Positions 49,529 to 62,230 are shown, counted from the first letter of the stretch. The stretch is 64,000 nucleotides of DNA from Podarcis cretensis (GCA_951804945.1 OX638154.1:62186001-62250000), one strand, 5' to 3'. A program made the numbers and translations. The notes: generated from the sequence alone by a model not told the origin.

Positions 49529-51427
49529 TATGTGAAGGTGGCACTTCAGTTCTTTGATGTGTCTGGTCTATTCTGATTCCACAACAATATGACAAAATGA
49601 TAGCAGTTAAATTAAATAATGATGTTTTTAGTGACCCATAAGTGAGCCTCTTTATTTATTCTGGGTGTTTTGGTTTCTATTGAGCACTTGAACTGACAGC
49701 CTTTTAATGGGAAAAAAGTGGATATTTCTTCGGGTGAGGGGTGGGAGGTCTTAATTTCCTGAAGCAGCCCCTTCGTGGACCAACACAAAGCTGTGTTTGC
49801 AGGCAGTCATGGCTCACTGCAAGGGCTATCTAGCTCTGCGTTTGCCCTGGCTTCTCTGAGGGGGTGAACACAGTGTTGAGGGAGGTCTTGGTTTTAGAAG
49901 GTTGGAAGGTTTATTAGTGTTGACAGTGTGTGAACTTGACATCTTTTGTAATAATGAGGTTTTAAAATGTGAATTATTCATGCCTTGCTTTGAATACAGG
50001 CTTATTGTGTTAGTTGGAGCTGTGAAGAGAGGAAAGATATTAATTAAATAAACGTCACTGTTCTAGAAGATCATGTGGGAAATTTTTGTCATGCCTTCAG
50101 TATAATCAAGGAACTAGACACAATACATACTTACTGAAGTTAGTTGTAGTTAGATTCAAAACATATTGATAATTCTGTTCTAGTTTAATGCATATTATCT
50201 GTTAATAGTGATTAAATCTTGAAATCACGGGGGCAGGGGCTGTTTGGGTTGGTTCAAATTCAACAGTTACCAAAAGCAGTATCAGTCTCTCAGACTGTAT
50301 AAATCAACCAATGACCTGATAATTAAGAAAGTTCTAATAACAGGCATAGATGGAATTATATTTATGAATGCTATTAGTGTGTTTGTGTGGGTTATAAAGA
50401 GAATTTTGTGTTGCTGTTTGTATAGAAATTAGATACTGCAATGTGCCTTGACGTTTATAGGATAAATAGCAAAATGGCTGGACAAATGTTAACTTGGCCA
50501 AGCACATATGCAAAATAGATTTAATTTGATGTTTAAGAAGAATTTATATTTTGCAGCTAAGCTGAACTGAGTCACATGTACCAAGTGCTTAGAATCCATA
50601 TTTGGGAAGGAGCCTTCCAAGGACAAGTGATTTTATACAGGAAGCAATGATAGTATTTTACTAGCTAGTGTCCTCCTCTACATTAGCATCAAATAGTTAT
50701 TCTGCCGCAGCACTGATGGTGTTGTTAGGATGAAAGATCCTGACCACATAAGCAATTAAAGACTTCCTAAGCAGTGGTGTGTTTTTTGTTTTGCAGGAAG
50801 TTGCAGTAGAGGCAAACTTTGTTCAGGATAGCTTCCCCCCTGCCTCTTTAAACTTCCTCTGGCCAATTCCACTAAATGCCACAAAAGTTCTCATTTCCTA
50901 TCTAGGTCTGCTGCATTCCTCCTCCAGAGCAGTCACCCTGCAGATTTGTTTGAAGTGACTCTTAGTCTGAGTGTGCACAAAGTTAATGCCATTTGTCTAG
51001 CTTTGACACACGGTTTACTGTGACTTGTGTTGAAGATGGAATTAACACCATTACCAGAGAGGTCTGTGCTACAGAGGTCACTGAAAGTGCAGTGCAGAGA
51101 GTTCTGTACTAAAAATATACAGAACAAAATATTGTTCCTGTTACTTCCAAAGCTCATGATAAGGCTGTTAAAGAGGACACATGAATAATGGCTGTGCAAT
51201 CAGCCACATTCCCTAAACTTGCTCATATCAAGAGGTTGGTTCTATTCTATGATGATGTATATAAATATTAAACCCATTGGGTTGACTGGGGTGGGTCATA
51301 CGCAGCTGATATGATGTTGAATACCTTTTGCTGTGCTTCTGAAGTCCTCTAACAATCAACTGTAACAAAATATAACAGGGGGAGAGGTGGAACCTCTCTA
51401 CCTATCCTGCAGGCAACTGTGCCCTCT

Positions 51428-52091
51428 GGCCTGATGGTGTTGTTGGTGAATGCAGGGTTGGTTCACAATAAAAATTTACTTATCCACAATTTGAGGGAGC
51501 CAAGCTGATGTGCATTACTGAGACCTGGGTGGGTGTGCAGGGCAGAGTCAACCTGTCTGGGCTTTGTTCACCTGAGTACTCAATGCAGCATTAAGCCAGG
51601 CTGGGGCAGGGGGAGTCTTTGTGGTCCATGAAAGTATGATCATGCTCATCAGGACACTTTGTACCTAGTGGTGTGCAAAGCACATTGGAGTGGCCACTGG
51701 TGTACCATCCACATTGCTGTCCAGTGGTTTTGTTCACCAAATTATATGAGGTGGATTTGGGTGTACTGTTGGACAACCCTGTGGAACTTTAACATCCATA
51801 CTGAGACCACATTTGTAGTGCTAGCTCAGGACTTCATGGCTTTCATAGACATCCTCATGGCTGTGTCAGTTTGTTACTGCTTCACCACAAAGGGCAGGGC
51901 ATATACTTGGTCTAATCTTCAAGGTTGGAGACGCAATCTACTAATTCTGTTGCTTCTCTTGGATCTGTCAGCAACTTTTGATATGATTAACCGTGTTATC
52001 CTTCTGGACCACTGTGGACTGCATTTCACTAATTTTTCAGTCTTCCTTATGGGGTTAATTCCAGAGTATAGAATTGGGTGAGTGTGACTCT
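51428..52091 (+). mobile_element. Degenerate L2 LINE ORF2: APE endonuclease segment fused by deletion to an RT segment
   Basis: Fragments GLMVLLVNAGLVHNK, LMCITETWVG, LVYHP and NFNIHTE...AQDFMA match APE motifs (LLNARS, CITETW, VYRPP, GDFNIH). They are followed by LLLLDLSATFDMINRVILL, matching the RT LDLSAAFD motif. Confidence 0.8.
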
Positions 52092-52365
52092 GCCCAGCGG
52101 TGAAGCAAGCCGATCGGGCGCCTGGGGCAGCATGCGTGCCCTGCGCCCAGGGGCGGGGCCAGCCACCTGCAAGGATGCGGCGAGCCAGGGCAGGACGCTC
52201 CGTGGGGCCTCAAAGGAGTCTGCATGCCTCCTCCTACTCAGCTGCCCTACAGCTGAGGGGGAGGCAGCGGGTGGACCATTTGTGGCAGTGCAGAGCCTGT
52301 GGGCACCCAAGCCACTGTGTCACTTCCAGGAGAGATGTGTGGCTCGGGTGCACTGCAGGCCCTGC
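52092..52365. mobile_element. GC-rich DNA-transposon-like fragment inserted in the L2 remnant (one end only)
   Basis: Abrupt switch to CpG-rich sequence starting CAGCGGTGAAGCAAGCCGATCGGGCGCC. No matching TIR or TSD found; right boundary approximate. Confidence 0.5.
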
Positions 52366-55300
52366 GGTGAGTGCCTCCTGGTATCAGATATTGAACCTGT
52401 TATGCTATGGATTAGGGATTCATAATGAGAAGCAGTGTGAAGTATGTGAGGTTAGCACCATCTCTATGTTTGTATATCTTAGCCTAATTGTTGTGCCATT
52501 TGTGTTCAATAACTGCATCGTTATGTATGGCAGGTTGGTAGAGTTTCTAGCTTTAGCCTCTGAGATGGCTTTGGTATGTTTAAGAAATAATTCCAATGTA
52601 CAGAGTTTCACTAAGTATGCTTTTTCCCATCACAGTCAGTTGCAGTTATGGGAATAGCCACATCTTGCAGACTTTCCCTTTTTATGGAGCTCTTTAAAAG
52701 TAGGCACAAGAACCCTCTAAGTGTCTGAACCAGGCAACCCCACAATGTGGTTAGTGGGTGGTAGGCAGGTGGTGAAATTTATTCAGCACAAAACTGAAAT
52801 ATGTTTCCTACATAAAGTGGCAATCTCTTTCTGCATGTTTACTGGATGTAGGTGGGGGGGGGGAGAGAAAGTTGTCCACAAGGAAGCTGGCTGTGGCCTC
52901 ACATTCTCTCTGTACATTTTCCTTGCCTTATGAAAGGAATATTTATATGTACCTCCTGTGCCACAGGAAAAGGGCTAGTGGTAGTTAACTGGACAGTTGG
53001 AACAGATTGCGTCTTGCACAGTCCTAGAGCTGTAATTTTCAGTAATGGGATTTTGAATCTCACAGTAATAAAAGAAAACCTTTTTGCCTAGGTTTGATCA
53101 TTGACAGAATTTCTAGATGTGTTGTTTTTGTGCTGTGTAGATGCGAAGTAAAGCCACCCACTCACGCTCCCATTTTTTCTTTTTCAGCCAGCTACTATAC
53201 AAAGAACGCATTTACTGTAAACCTGGTTTGAATTTTATTCAGGCCATTTAAAAAAAACAAAAGGGAGGAATAGGAGGGTTAGAAAAACTGGGAAGCCTTG
53301 GAATGAGGTATAGGGAGAGGGACTGATATATATGTAACCATTTGAAATCAAGCTTTCATCCCAAACATTCATGCTTGAATTTTGGAGCTGTTGATACCTT
53401 AGAAACAGTAGAGTCCAACAGTAGTAGTTGTTAGACATTATATGATAACATAAAGAAGTGCACCTAATACTTCATTTTCAAGAATAACTGGAGGAAAATG
53501 ACAACCAGAATTTAGCAAATACATTTTAGGTTAAGGAGGTAATTTTAAACCCAATAGCTACAAAGTAATCACCATTGAACACAGTAGGATTTACCTCTGA
53601 GAAAACTTGCACAGGATTATATGCTGCACAGTAATTTTTCTTTGCCTCCTGTTGTCCGTCCCCCCTGATCCATTGAGACTGGATCTTATTTCACTTAAAT
53701 TATGAGTGTTGTGGCTTGGAACATTTTCATAACCTGATGAGCTAGGCTAGGTTACTTAAATTATTTAAAGAGTTAACACGAAGATTGGCTGACACAGGTG
53801 TTTAATACAATACAACCAGATAATATATTTTTATATAAGTCTAATTTGGCAAAGCACAAAATCCGTTGCACACACACTTTGCAATGATGGAAGAGCTGCT
53901 GGGCTGGGTAGACCTCTGTCCTCGGCAACCCAACAGTAATTGAAGATCTTTAAAAATGCATGCATCCTCCGTCTTTCCCATATGGGCTCCTAAGGCAACA
54001 TGACCTTATGTGGCCATTATCTGACCTCTTTTACTCTTGGATTACAGGGTACAAAGCAAATTTATAGTTGTTTATTCTCTCCTCCTATCAGCTATTAGTG
54101 CCTAATCATATGGTCTATTGATCATGTGATTAATCACCTGCCTAAAGACGCAGCAGATCTTGTGGAATGCTGCACTGCACCACACTGAACTTCAACCTTT
54201 TATACAAACTTGAACAGTAAAAACATTAGTCAATGCCGAAGCCTCTGCTTAGTATGCTGCTAGAACACCAGGAGGTAAATCTTGTTGGTTAAGAAAACAC
54301 ACCATACTATCAGTTGTGCCGTTTAAAAAACATATAATCCTCCCATACTTCATTTGCAGATACATACACTTGCCTAGAAGATTATTTTAATGCATCCTAT
54401 AGATGCTAATTGGCGGGGGTGGAGGCAGGGACTGTACTGTGTTATAGTGTCCACTATTTTTACCATAAGGATCTGACAGCATTTCAATAGTAAAACCTTT
54501 ATTTTCAAGGATTTATAATATGCTCGTGACATTTGGCTCTGCCTGAGCTATGAGTCTTTAAGATTCTTTTCTTCTTGTTCCCAACTTGTCGTTTTAAATA
54601 CTGATTGGCCATATTTTATTTGCAAATGTTCATTTGTGCTACAATTTATTTGTTTTACCTTTTCTCTTAAAATCAGCATTATATAAAATTGAGTATAAAA
54701 TAAAACAGGGATTTTTAAATAGTTAAAAAAGGATTGCTATACACAGTTTGTGGGAGCTGTTTCTCACAAAGACCTGTTAAATGGTTTTGTCATGATGGAG
54801 ATGTAATATAGACTAGATCAGAGGCCTTCTATCTTGTTGCAAAACGACCTTTTAAATATTCGTGTATAGAACCAGCTTTCCATCTGTTAACTTGTAGAAA
54901 GGAATATATCACTTTTAATCCTTGTTCATTTTTCATCCTTGTTATTTTCTTGAAATCTCAACTCAGTATGAGTCCTAGGATCATTCCACCTGCTTCCCCT
55001 CCCTCCATCATCTCATACCATCTTATCACTGTGAAGGGAATATGGAACTTGGCATCTCACAATTATTTGATGTTCCTGACCCTTGACTCTGCCCCTGGTT
55101 TGAAAGGCAGACTGGGTTGCAGGGTCAGGGATATTCTACATTGAAATAAATGAAGCACATCCCATTTATTATCTTCTTGTGTGGTGAGAAGGTGAGAGCA
55201 GGAGCCTGAGAGTCTGAAATACTTAATATTCCTTGGAAAGTAAGAAGTGAACTAGTGTCTAGGTACATTTCAAGCTTATACATCTGTCTCGAAATTCAAG

Positions 55301-56540
55301 CAACAAATCACAACGCAAAAATCTTGTAGCAAGGACTATTGCAGTGGACGCTTGTGCAGAAGAAGGCATGGGGACTTCTCTGAGTTGTGCTGTCTACAGA
55401 TGAGGCATTGGGCCATACTCTATATCATGGCTACTGTTCCAAAAAGATTCAGGGTTCATTCTATGAAGATATTCATGCTGTGTAACACACTGTGTGCATG
55501 TGGTGATGGGACTAAGCTCAATGCCACAAGGAAACCCTGTCAGACACCAACTGCTGTGAAATCTCTGCTCCCTTACCAATCTATTTGGTGTTTGCTTAGG
55601 TATGTGAACAACCCCTGCTGACAAAAATGTAATTAAACAAAATAAATGAAAAAGGGGCAAGTAATTTTAAATGGTGTTAGATGGTGTTTATGTATGATGG
55701 AGATGGAGACTACTACTTGTGCTTCTTGTAGGAGAGCTGGTAGGAGAGGATAACTCCTTCACTGTCTCAAAAGGCAAAGCCAATTCAACTTCACTATACC
55801 TTTCTGTGGAAGACTTCCTTCCAAGTACCTGGCTCTGACTTCTAAGAAGGAGCATATTTGTTTCAGTTTTGAAGCTTTGACAATTTAATCTTACTTGTTC
55901 ATTTCCCTTCCGGTTTTTCCAGTTCTACATATTTTTGGTGTCTTGTGTATGGCCTTCTTCTCTGATCTTTTTTGTTGAGAGGTGTAGAACTTTTCCACGG
56001 ATCAGCCACACTGGTCCTACCAGAAGCCTAGACTCCAGCACTTTTGCATCTTTATCCCAAGCAGGTCATTTGCCATTGTGGCAGAGGGGAGAGACCCTGT
56101 TCTCTGTTGCTGCCTCCTTTCCTTTAAAAAAGCAGAGTTACCTGGTGACTCTTTTGGTGGCTGACTGGTAGCTGCCATAGCAGAAACACCAATTTGTTTT
56201 GCCATCCCTGCATGTATTTCAGTTGAAATGAAATAAAGCAGTCAAACAGAATGAACTTGAGACAGACGGAAACAACAGAGCTATATTTCAAATCTATACA
56301 GGCTAATCTATACAGGCCATAACCTGTCCAAAAAAGCTATTGAATGGCTGTGTTTTGGGACACTCACACCTGAGGAGATGGTGCAGCTGTTCTATCATGC
56401 TAAAAAAAGGGTCAGATTTTCAAAGCTCTGGTGGGAGGAAGCTGAAGAGGGAAAATGGGGAAGGACGTGTTTTGTTCATGACTTCATGTAAACATCCTAA
56501 AAAGCAAATAAAAAAAGGAGGACATTTCCTATGACCATGA

Positions 56541-57090
56541 TGTCATGAGCCCCATGGCAAGAAATGTGGAGGGGCGATCCTGGCAGAATTTGTCAGAGGA
56601 AGAGGAGACAGAGATTACTGTGTCTGTTGATGGGGAGAGTCCAAGTAGTATGCTGGGAGACATCCAAGGTGACAGGGCAAATCAAGCGATGCTGCCATTG
56701 CCCTGTCTCAGGAGAGCAAGGTTGCTCCAGCAACTGAGGAAGCACATGAGCACGAGTCAGGCAGTGAACTGGTAAAACAGACTCAGGTCTCATCTCCAAT
56801 AATGCATCCTCTGTTGAGGGCAGACCCAGCTCACTTGTAGGAATTCCTGCTTACTTGTCCAGTCCAATTACTTGGGATGAGAACTGCGCAAAAGACTCTG
56901 CCTGTCCTGGAGGCCTGTCAGGTGTTGAGATAGCATTTTAGCTTAGAACTCTGCTTCTGAACTATTAGACTATGTAACCTGTGTCTTGATCTATGTTTAA
57001 GCTGTGGACTGATTTGTGAAACAAGGCCTTCAGGAATAATTGAGCTGAGAGTGAGTACTGTGTCTGAATGTGGGAGTCAGGACTATGAGA
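56541..57090 (+). mobile_element. Old degenerate solo-LTR-like element
   Basis: Starts TGTCATG, with a purine-rich open frame from base 2 and AATAAT near 57035. Possible end TATGAGA at 57090 (5/7 match to the expected CATGACA). Alternative end is CA at 57175 with a 4-bp ATGA duplication. Confidence 0.5.
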
Positions 57091-57850
57091 AGACCCTGTT
57101 AAGTGAAGGAGCCATCTTTCCCAACAGGGCTAGCACACACTGAAAAGCTGGGTCATGAGCAAGGTCAGCCTTGCAATGAGTAATGTGTTGTAGCTCCCCC
57201 ACCCAGCTGGCAAAATCTACTCAATAGGATGATGTTTTAATTCTTCAGTTCAGATATAAACAGGTCTGAAGATGGAACTCCTGACTGTATACAATGTATT
57301 AATATTCTTTTTAAATTAGTGACAAGTAACCTCTGTTTACCTTGGAGTAAGCATTTATCTAAGAAGCCTTTCCATAATTTTAGTTACATTTAATTATTGC
57401 TTTCCTGACATAAAGAGAACTCACTTCTTTGTAGTATATCATATTCTGCTCTTTAAAAAAAGGTAAATGTAATATGTGGCACTATTATAAAAAGAGCATG
57501 CTTAGAAAACACAGTAGACAGAAATCACAAACGGTGCTCCCATTTATATAAATCTGAATGTGTGGGAGAAGTGTTCATTGTGTCCAGCTTAAAAATCATG
57601 CACCATTATGTCCTTGATATATTAGCAAAGGACACGGAATTGGCTCAAAGAGAAATGCAGCCACTTAAAAGCATTAATTCTCCTGGAACTCACAGAAAAG
57701 CAAAAATAAATTAAATGTGCCACCTTTAAATTTTTGGCTATGTTAAAAGATTATGAGAACTACCTGTTGGACAAATTATGATAAATGATACCAACTGACA
57801 CACTGCAACTTGTCTGAACTCCTTTTGGCTGTAGTCATAAGAGGCAAGTT

Positions 57851-58216
57851 GGGACGCAGGTGGCGCTGTGGGTTAAAGCCTCAGTGCCTAGGGCTTGCCG
57901 ATCGAAAGGTCGGCGGTTCGAATCCCTGCGGCGGGGTGCGCTCCCGCTGCTCGGTCCCCAGCGCCTGCCAACCTAGCAGTTCGAAAGCACCTCCGGGTGC
58001 AAGTAGATAAATAGGGACCGCTTACCAGCGGGAAGGTAAACGGCGTTTCCGTGTGCGGCTCTGGCTCGCCAGATGCAGCTTTGTCACGCTGGCCACGTGA
58101 CCCGGAAGTGTCTCCGGACAGCGCTGGCCCCTGGCCTCTTAAGTGAGATGGGCGCACAACCCCAGAGTCTGTCAAGACTGGCCCGTACGGGCAGGGGTAC
58201 CTTTACCTTTACCTTT
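57851..58216 (+). mobile_element. Sauria SINE, full length, young
   Basis: CpG-intact head and body, (ACCTTT)n tail. Confidence 0.95.
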
Positions 58217-58376
58217 ATTTATCTACTTGCACTTAGGGGTGCTTTCGAACTGCTAGGTGGGCAGGAGCTGGGACCGAAAGACGGGAGCTCACCCCGCCGC
58301 GGGGATTCGAACCGCCGACCATACAATTGGCAAGTCCTAGGCACTGAGGTTTTACCCACAGCGCCACCCGCGTCCC
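58217..58376 (-). mobile_element. Sauria SINE 5' half, different variant, inverted
   Basis: Minus strand gggacgcgggtggcgctgtgggtaaaacctcagtgcctagg...gtgcaagtagataaata, abutting the tail of the plus-strand copy. Confidence 0.9.
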
Positions 58377-58781
58377 TACCTAGGCCAATATGTTGTCGTT
58401 ATTTCATTTATAATAAAAGCAGCTAAGACAGTTTTTAAAGCAGTACAAAACACACATACAAAAAAGAGCTTTAAAAACAGTGGGATAAACACTTAAGGCA
58501 GAGACCTTTTCATCTACCTGGAAAGTTTATGAACTTTGACAACCTAGGTAGCATATTTATATAGAGAAAGTTGTTGGAGACTACTGGTATTAAATTAATG
58601 ACCTTGCTGGTATGAGTGTCTTTCATACAAAATAATCTTCATTTTAAAAAATCCAGAATAATTTCAGAGCTGTGTATCTTTCTGAGATGAAAATGCTCAT
58701 TTTCATCCTTTTGGGTCAAGACTTGGGTTGAGAAGACAGAAATAATTTCTGGAAACCAGCAGTGCTTTGTCTCTTTTATAA

Positions 58782-59463
58782 TGACAATCCATTGCTGGGG
58801 CCCCAGCATATACTTGATCCTTCCCTGGCTTCAGACCAGGCAATTGCATGACCACTCCTCTGCTGGCTCTGGACTCCCCCCCCCCCAAGACTGTCTGCGA
58901 CCTCAGTTTCTCATGGGTAAGAGAGATAAAGAGGTATAGGGTTGAGGTTCAGTGTTTGGGTTTATTGGGATGCTGGGTTTCCTTGGGGCTGGAAAAGTTG
59001 GGCTGCTCTACTGTGACAGCAGGTTCTTCAGGGTCCCCAGTTGTGCCAGGGGTCTCTGTGTCATCTCACAGCACTTCCTGGCTGAGGTTCCCTCTGGAAC
59101 ATGGTTGGGCTGCACCAGGAGTTAGACTTGTACCAGTTCACATCAACCAGAACAGTTCCCATTTCTGCTTTGAGCTAGTGCTTGCCCTCTGCCCTCTGCT
59201 ACTAGGGATATTTCCTAGGGACAGAGGAAATGTATTTGTGAGCATCAGGATGTCAGTCTTTGCCTGTTATATTTTCTCTACGTCTGTGTACCCAGCACAT
59301 CCACAGTTGGGGGGAGAGAGAATTATAACTTGGGTAACAGGAGGCTTTGGAAGAGTTTTCACCTGGCCAGCATAGTTGGTCTCCTCCAAACTGTTATGTA
59401 CCTTAGTCACTTTTCCTCAGGCTTGAAACATATGTAAAAACCATTCATCCCTCATACACTACA
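58782..59463 (-). mobile_element. Possible old LTR-like element
   Basis: GC-richer block; minus strand could read TGTAGT...TGTCA with AATAAA near 58961-58966. No TSD found. Confidence 0.25.
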
Positions 59464-60152
59464 GATGCAAGAGAAGTCATGGGCAAATTAAAGTAGGTTA
59501 GTAAGGTGACTAAAGAAAGATTGATGTGAAAGCTTCTTATACTTTTCATACTGGAAGAATGGGGGTTAAAGAACTATCTACATATCTCTTGGCTTTTGTG
59601 GGTCAGTGGCAAGAGCCAATGTTGTGGGCCCTCCAAATGATTTAAAATATGATCTCAGTTAAAAATTACTTCATAGGTAATAGTTGTTAAATATAATATT
59701 TACCCATCCCACCCCTCAGATACCAGGAGATCACATATTATCTGGTGAGGGGTGGAGGATTATTATTTTAGTATTGATTAGCACACTAAATAACTGACTG
59801 ATAATTCAAGGAGCTGTTCAGGTTCATGCAGAAGGCTATTTCTGGTCCACTGGAATCCGTGGCTTTTCTCGCCTCCTCCCTTTTTGTGGTAAATAGCTGA
59901 TCCCCATAAGAGTTTTTCAATGTTCTGCTGTTTCAATGTTCTGCTGTTTCAAAAGCAGTTTTGCAGCTATTTGAGAAAAACAAGCTAAAGGTCCCACTGA
60001 GCTCAAGACCTGGGCCTAATTCTCAGAATGCAAGTGGGGGTCTCACGTGATTGCAAGCCCTTCCATTATAAATCTACTGCACAAAAAACTTTATGTCAGG
60101 GAGAAAGTTTCTAGCCTAGCCTGGTTCCAGATATACTATTTTTTTAATGTGA

Positions 60153-60153
<1 letters not shown>

Positions 60154-60193
<40 letters not shown>
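60154..60193. repeat. Compound (TA)n(GA)n microsatellite
   Basis: Directly visible. Confidence 0.95.
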
Positions 60194-61159
60194 TTGTACG
60201 GAGGACTCCTGGATTGCAGTCTGAAGTGGTATAGCCTCAACATGTTTACCCCTTCAGTGAGTACTAGACCCTCGTTTCACAGTTATTTGGGCCCTGGCCA
60301 TTGCATTTTGTCTAGCTATCAGTGGAAACAGAATCTGTCGGTTTTGAAGAGCACAGATTAGGAAGGAATGTGCCGTTTGGAAACGTGGCAGCTCTCATAG
60401 TACTGTGTATGGTTTAAATTAAACCTTTTTTTGGAAAGCAGAATAGCTGCAGGCCACATTTTGAGGGAAAGCAACAGCAGAAAAGGGTTGGCTGTGGTTT
60501 TTCCTTTGCTGTATAACAGACCAACTTTCTCTTGTTTTAACACAGAAGCGGGGGAGGGAAAGCTGGACTCCTTCAGACTAACCACACAGCTTCTCTGCTG
60601 ACCACAAAAAGGAAGTTAGGCATGGCAAGGCTTGGATTAATACCCACTGTCTCTTAAACTAACAGGGTGTGAGAACTTTTTATATGGATTTTTTCCCTCC
60701 CTGCCTTCTTGCCAGATTGACGGTGTGGTCAGAGTTTAGACATCTTGAAACAAGTACAAGTTTGCATTACATTGTGTTCCAGGCTTTTCTAAATTGCATC
60801 TTAAATTCGTTTACGCCCACTGCTGAGCTTTTAGCAGGGCAAACCACTAATAGCTTTGTGCTACTTGCTGGAGGGATAGGAAACATAAAAAATATGCCTT
60901 GAACACTCTAGGCAGTTGGCAGATCTTGACGGGCTGATAGACTATAGTTATGCTTAATAAAACAGGCAAAGCCAGCTCTTAATAGAACAGAGCCCTTTAT
61001 TCTATGTGAATAATAAGATTAAGAATTTATTGAATAATTGAATTGACTAGTCATTTGTCCAAATTTCTTTATTCACCGGCTCTTCTAAAAATTGACAGTG
61101 TGTGTGCTTTTATATGTAATTGTGACATCACATATTTCCATGTGTGAGATATTTGATTT

Positions 61160-61296
61160 TATTTATTTTATTGTATTTTTAATATTTTGTTGGAAGCCGC
61201 CCAGAGTGGCTGGGGAAACCCGGCCAGATGGGTGGGGTAAAATAATAATAATAATTAATAATAGTAGTAGTAGTAGTAATAACAACAACAACAACA
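61160..61296 (+). mobile_element. L2-type LINE extreme 3' end with tail expanded into (AAT)n(AGT)n(AAC)n
   Basis: T-rich UTR, then tgttggaagccgcccagagtggctggggaaacccggccagatgggtggggta, then a trinucleotide tail. Confidence 0.7.
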
Positions 61297-61297
61297 G

Positions 61298-61577
61298 AGA
61301 TGGCCAACAACCTAGATGGCTTTAAAAGAAAGATAGACAAATTCATGGAGGTGAGGACTATCAGTGGCTACTAGCTATGATGGCTGTGTTCTGCTTCCAC
61401 AATTGGAGGCAGCAGTGCTTCTGAATATCCATTGCTGGAAGCCACAGTGGGTGGAGAGTGCTGCTTTGTTCAGATGGAGCTTGTGGGTTTCTCACAGGCA
61501 TGTGGCTGGTCAATGTGAGAACAGGATGCTTGGCTTGATGGTACCATTGGCCTGATCCAGCAGACTGTTCTTATGTT
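61298..61577 (+). mobile_element. CR1 LINE 3' end (ORF2 C-terminus plus long 3' UTR)
   Basis: From 61300 translates MANNLDGFKRKIDKFMEVRTISGY* (CR1 DGFKRGLDKFM motif); ends ggcctgatccagcagactgttcttatgtt. Confidence 0.85.
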
Positions 61578-61608
61578 TGCAAGCAAACCATATCCTCCTG
61601 AAGTATAT

Positions 61609-61805
61609 AAGAACATAGTAAGCTGCTGTAGACTGAGTCAGACCATTGGTACATCTGTCTTAGTGCTGTGTGCGCTGAGTGGCAGTGGCTGCCCATAGTT
61701 TCAGACATGGGACTCTCCTAGCCCTACCTAGAGATTCCTGGGGTTGAACCTTGGCCCTTCTGCATGCAAAGCAGATGCTCTAGGACTGAGCTGCAGCCCA
61801 TCCCC
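61609..61805 (-). mobile_element. tRNA-derived SINE with CR1-like tail
   Basis: Minus-strand head gggctgcagctcagtcctagagcatctgctttgcatgcagaaggg...ggttcaacccc; homologous to 17662-17843. Confidence 0.8.
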
Positions 61806-61878
61806 TAATGCTATTTTCTTACATGAAAACAGGCCTATTCCTTTGATGTCTCATATTTTTATTTTTAAGCATTACATG

Positions 61879-62104
61879 TTCTCAAACTTATTCTGTTCCA
61901 GGAGTCCATTTGACTCCTGAAACCATTCGAAAACCAAGGCATGGCTTCCGATTGGCTGCAGGATCTTCCTGCACTTAACCAGAAGCTGCGGAAGCTGTGT
62001 CGGATGTTCGGCTTCTGAAAAATGTTCACAGACTGGAACACTCATTTCCGGGTTTGCGGCGTTTGGGAGCTGATTTGTTTGGGAACCAAGCCGTTCAAGT
62101 ATAC
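61879..62104. mobile_element. Mariner-type MITE internal remnant, termini lost
   Basis: aacttattctgttccaggagtcc and ttccgggtttgcgg motifs resemble the subterminal motifs of the CAGTGGTACC family. Confidence 0.55.
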
Positions 62105-62230
62105 TAATTGATTTTTGCACTCAAGTCCTGTTTTATAATTCTGTGAAACAGTTGTAGATTTGAATCAGCTGATATTTAACCATATGGATCCCAGAACTGA
62201 ATGTACTTGGAGTGGCACATGATCATTATA

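Noticed and set aside
52047-52657. 185-aa and 115-aa ORFs and a CpG-island-like patch
   Set aside because: They overlap a GC-rich transposon-like fragment inside an L2 remnant; no domain or promoter context.
57810-58426. ORFs here and at 48469-49010 with near-identical peptides
   Set aside because: Translations of GC-rich Sauria SINE copies, not duplicated genes.
58848-59375. 175-aa ATG ORF
   Set aside because: No recognisable domain or splice context; lies in a possible old LTR-like block.
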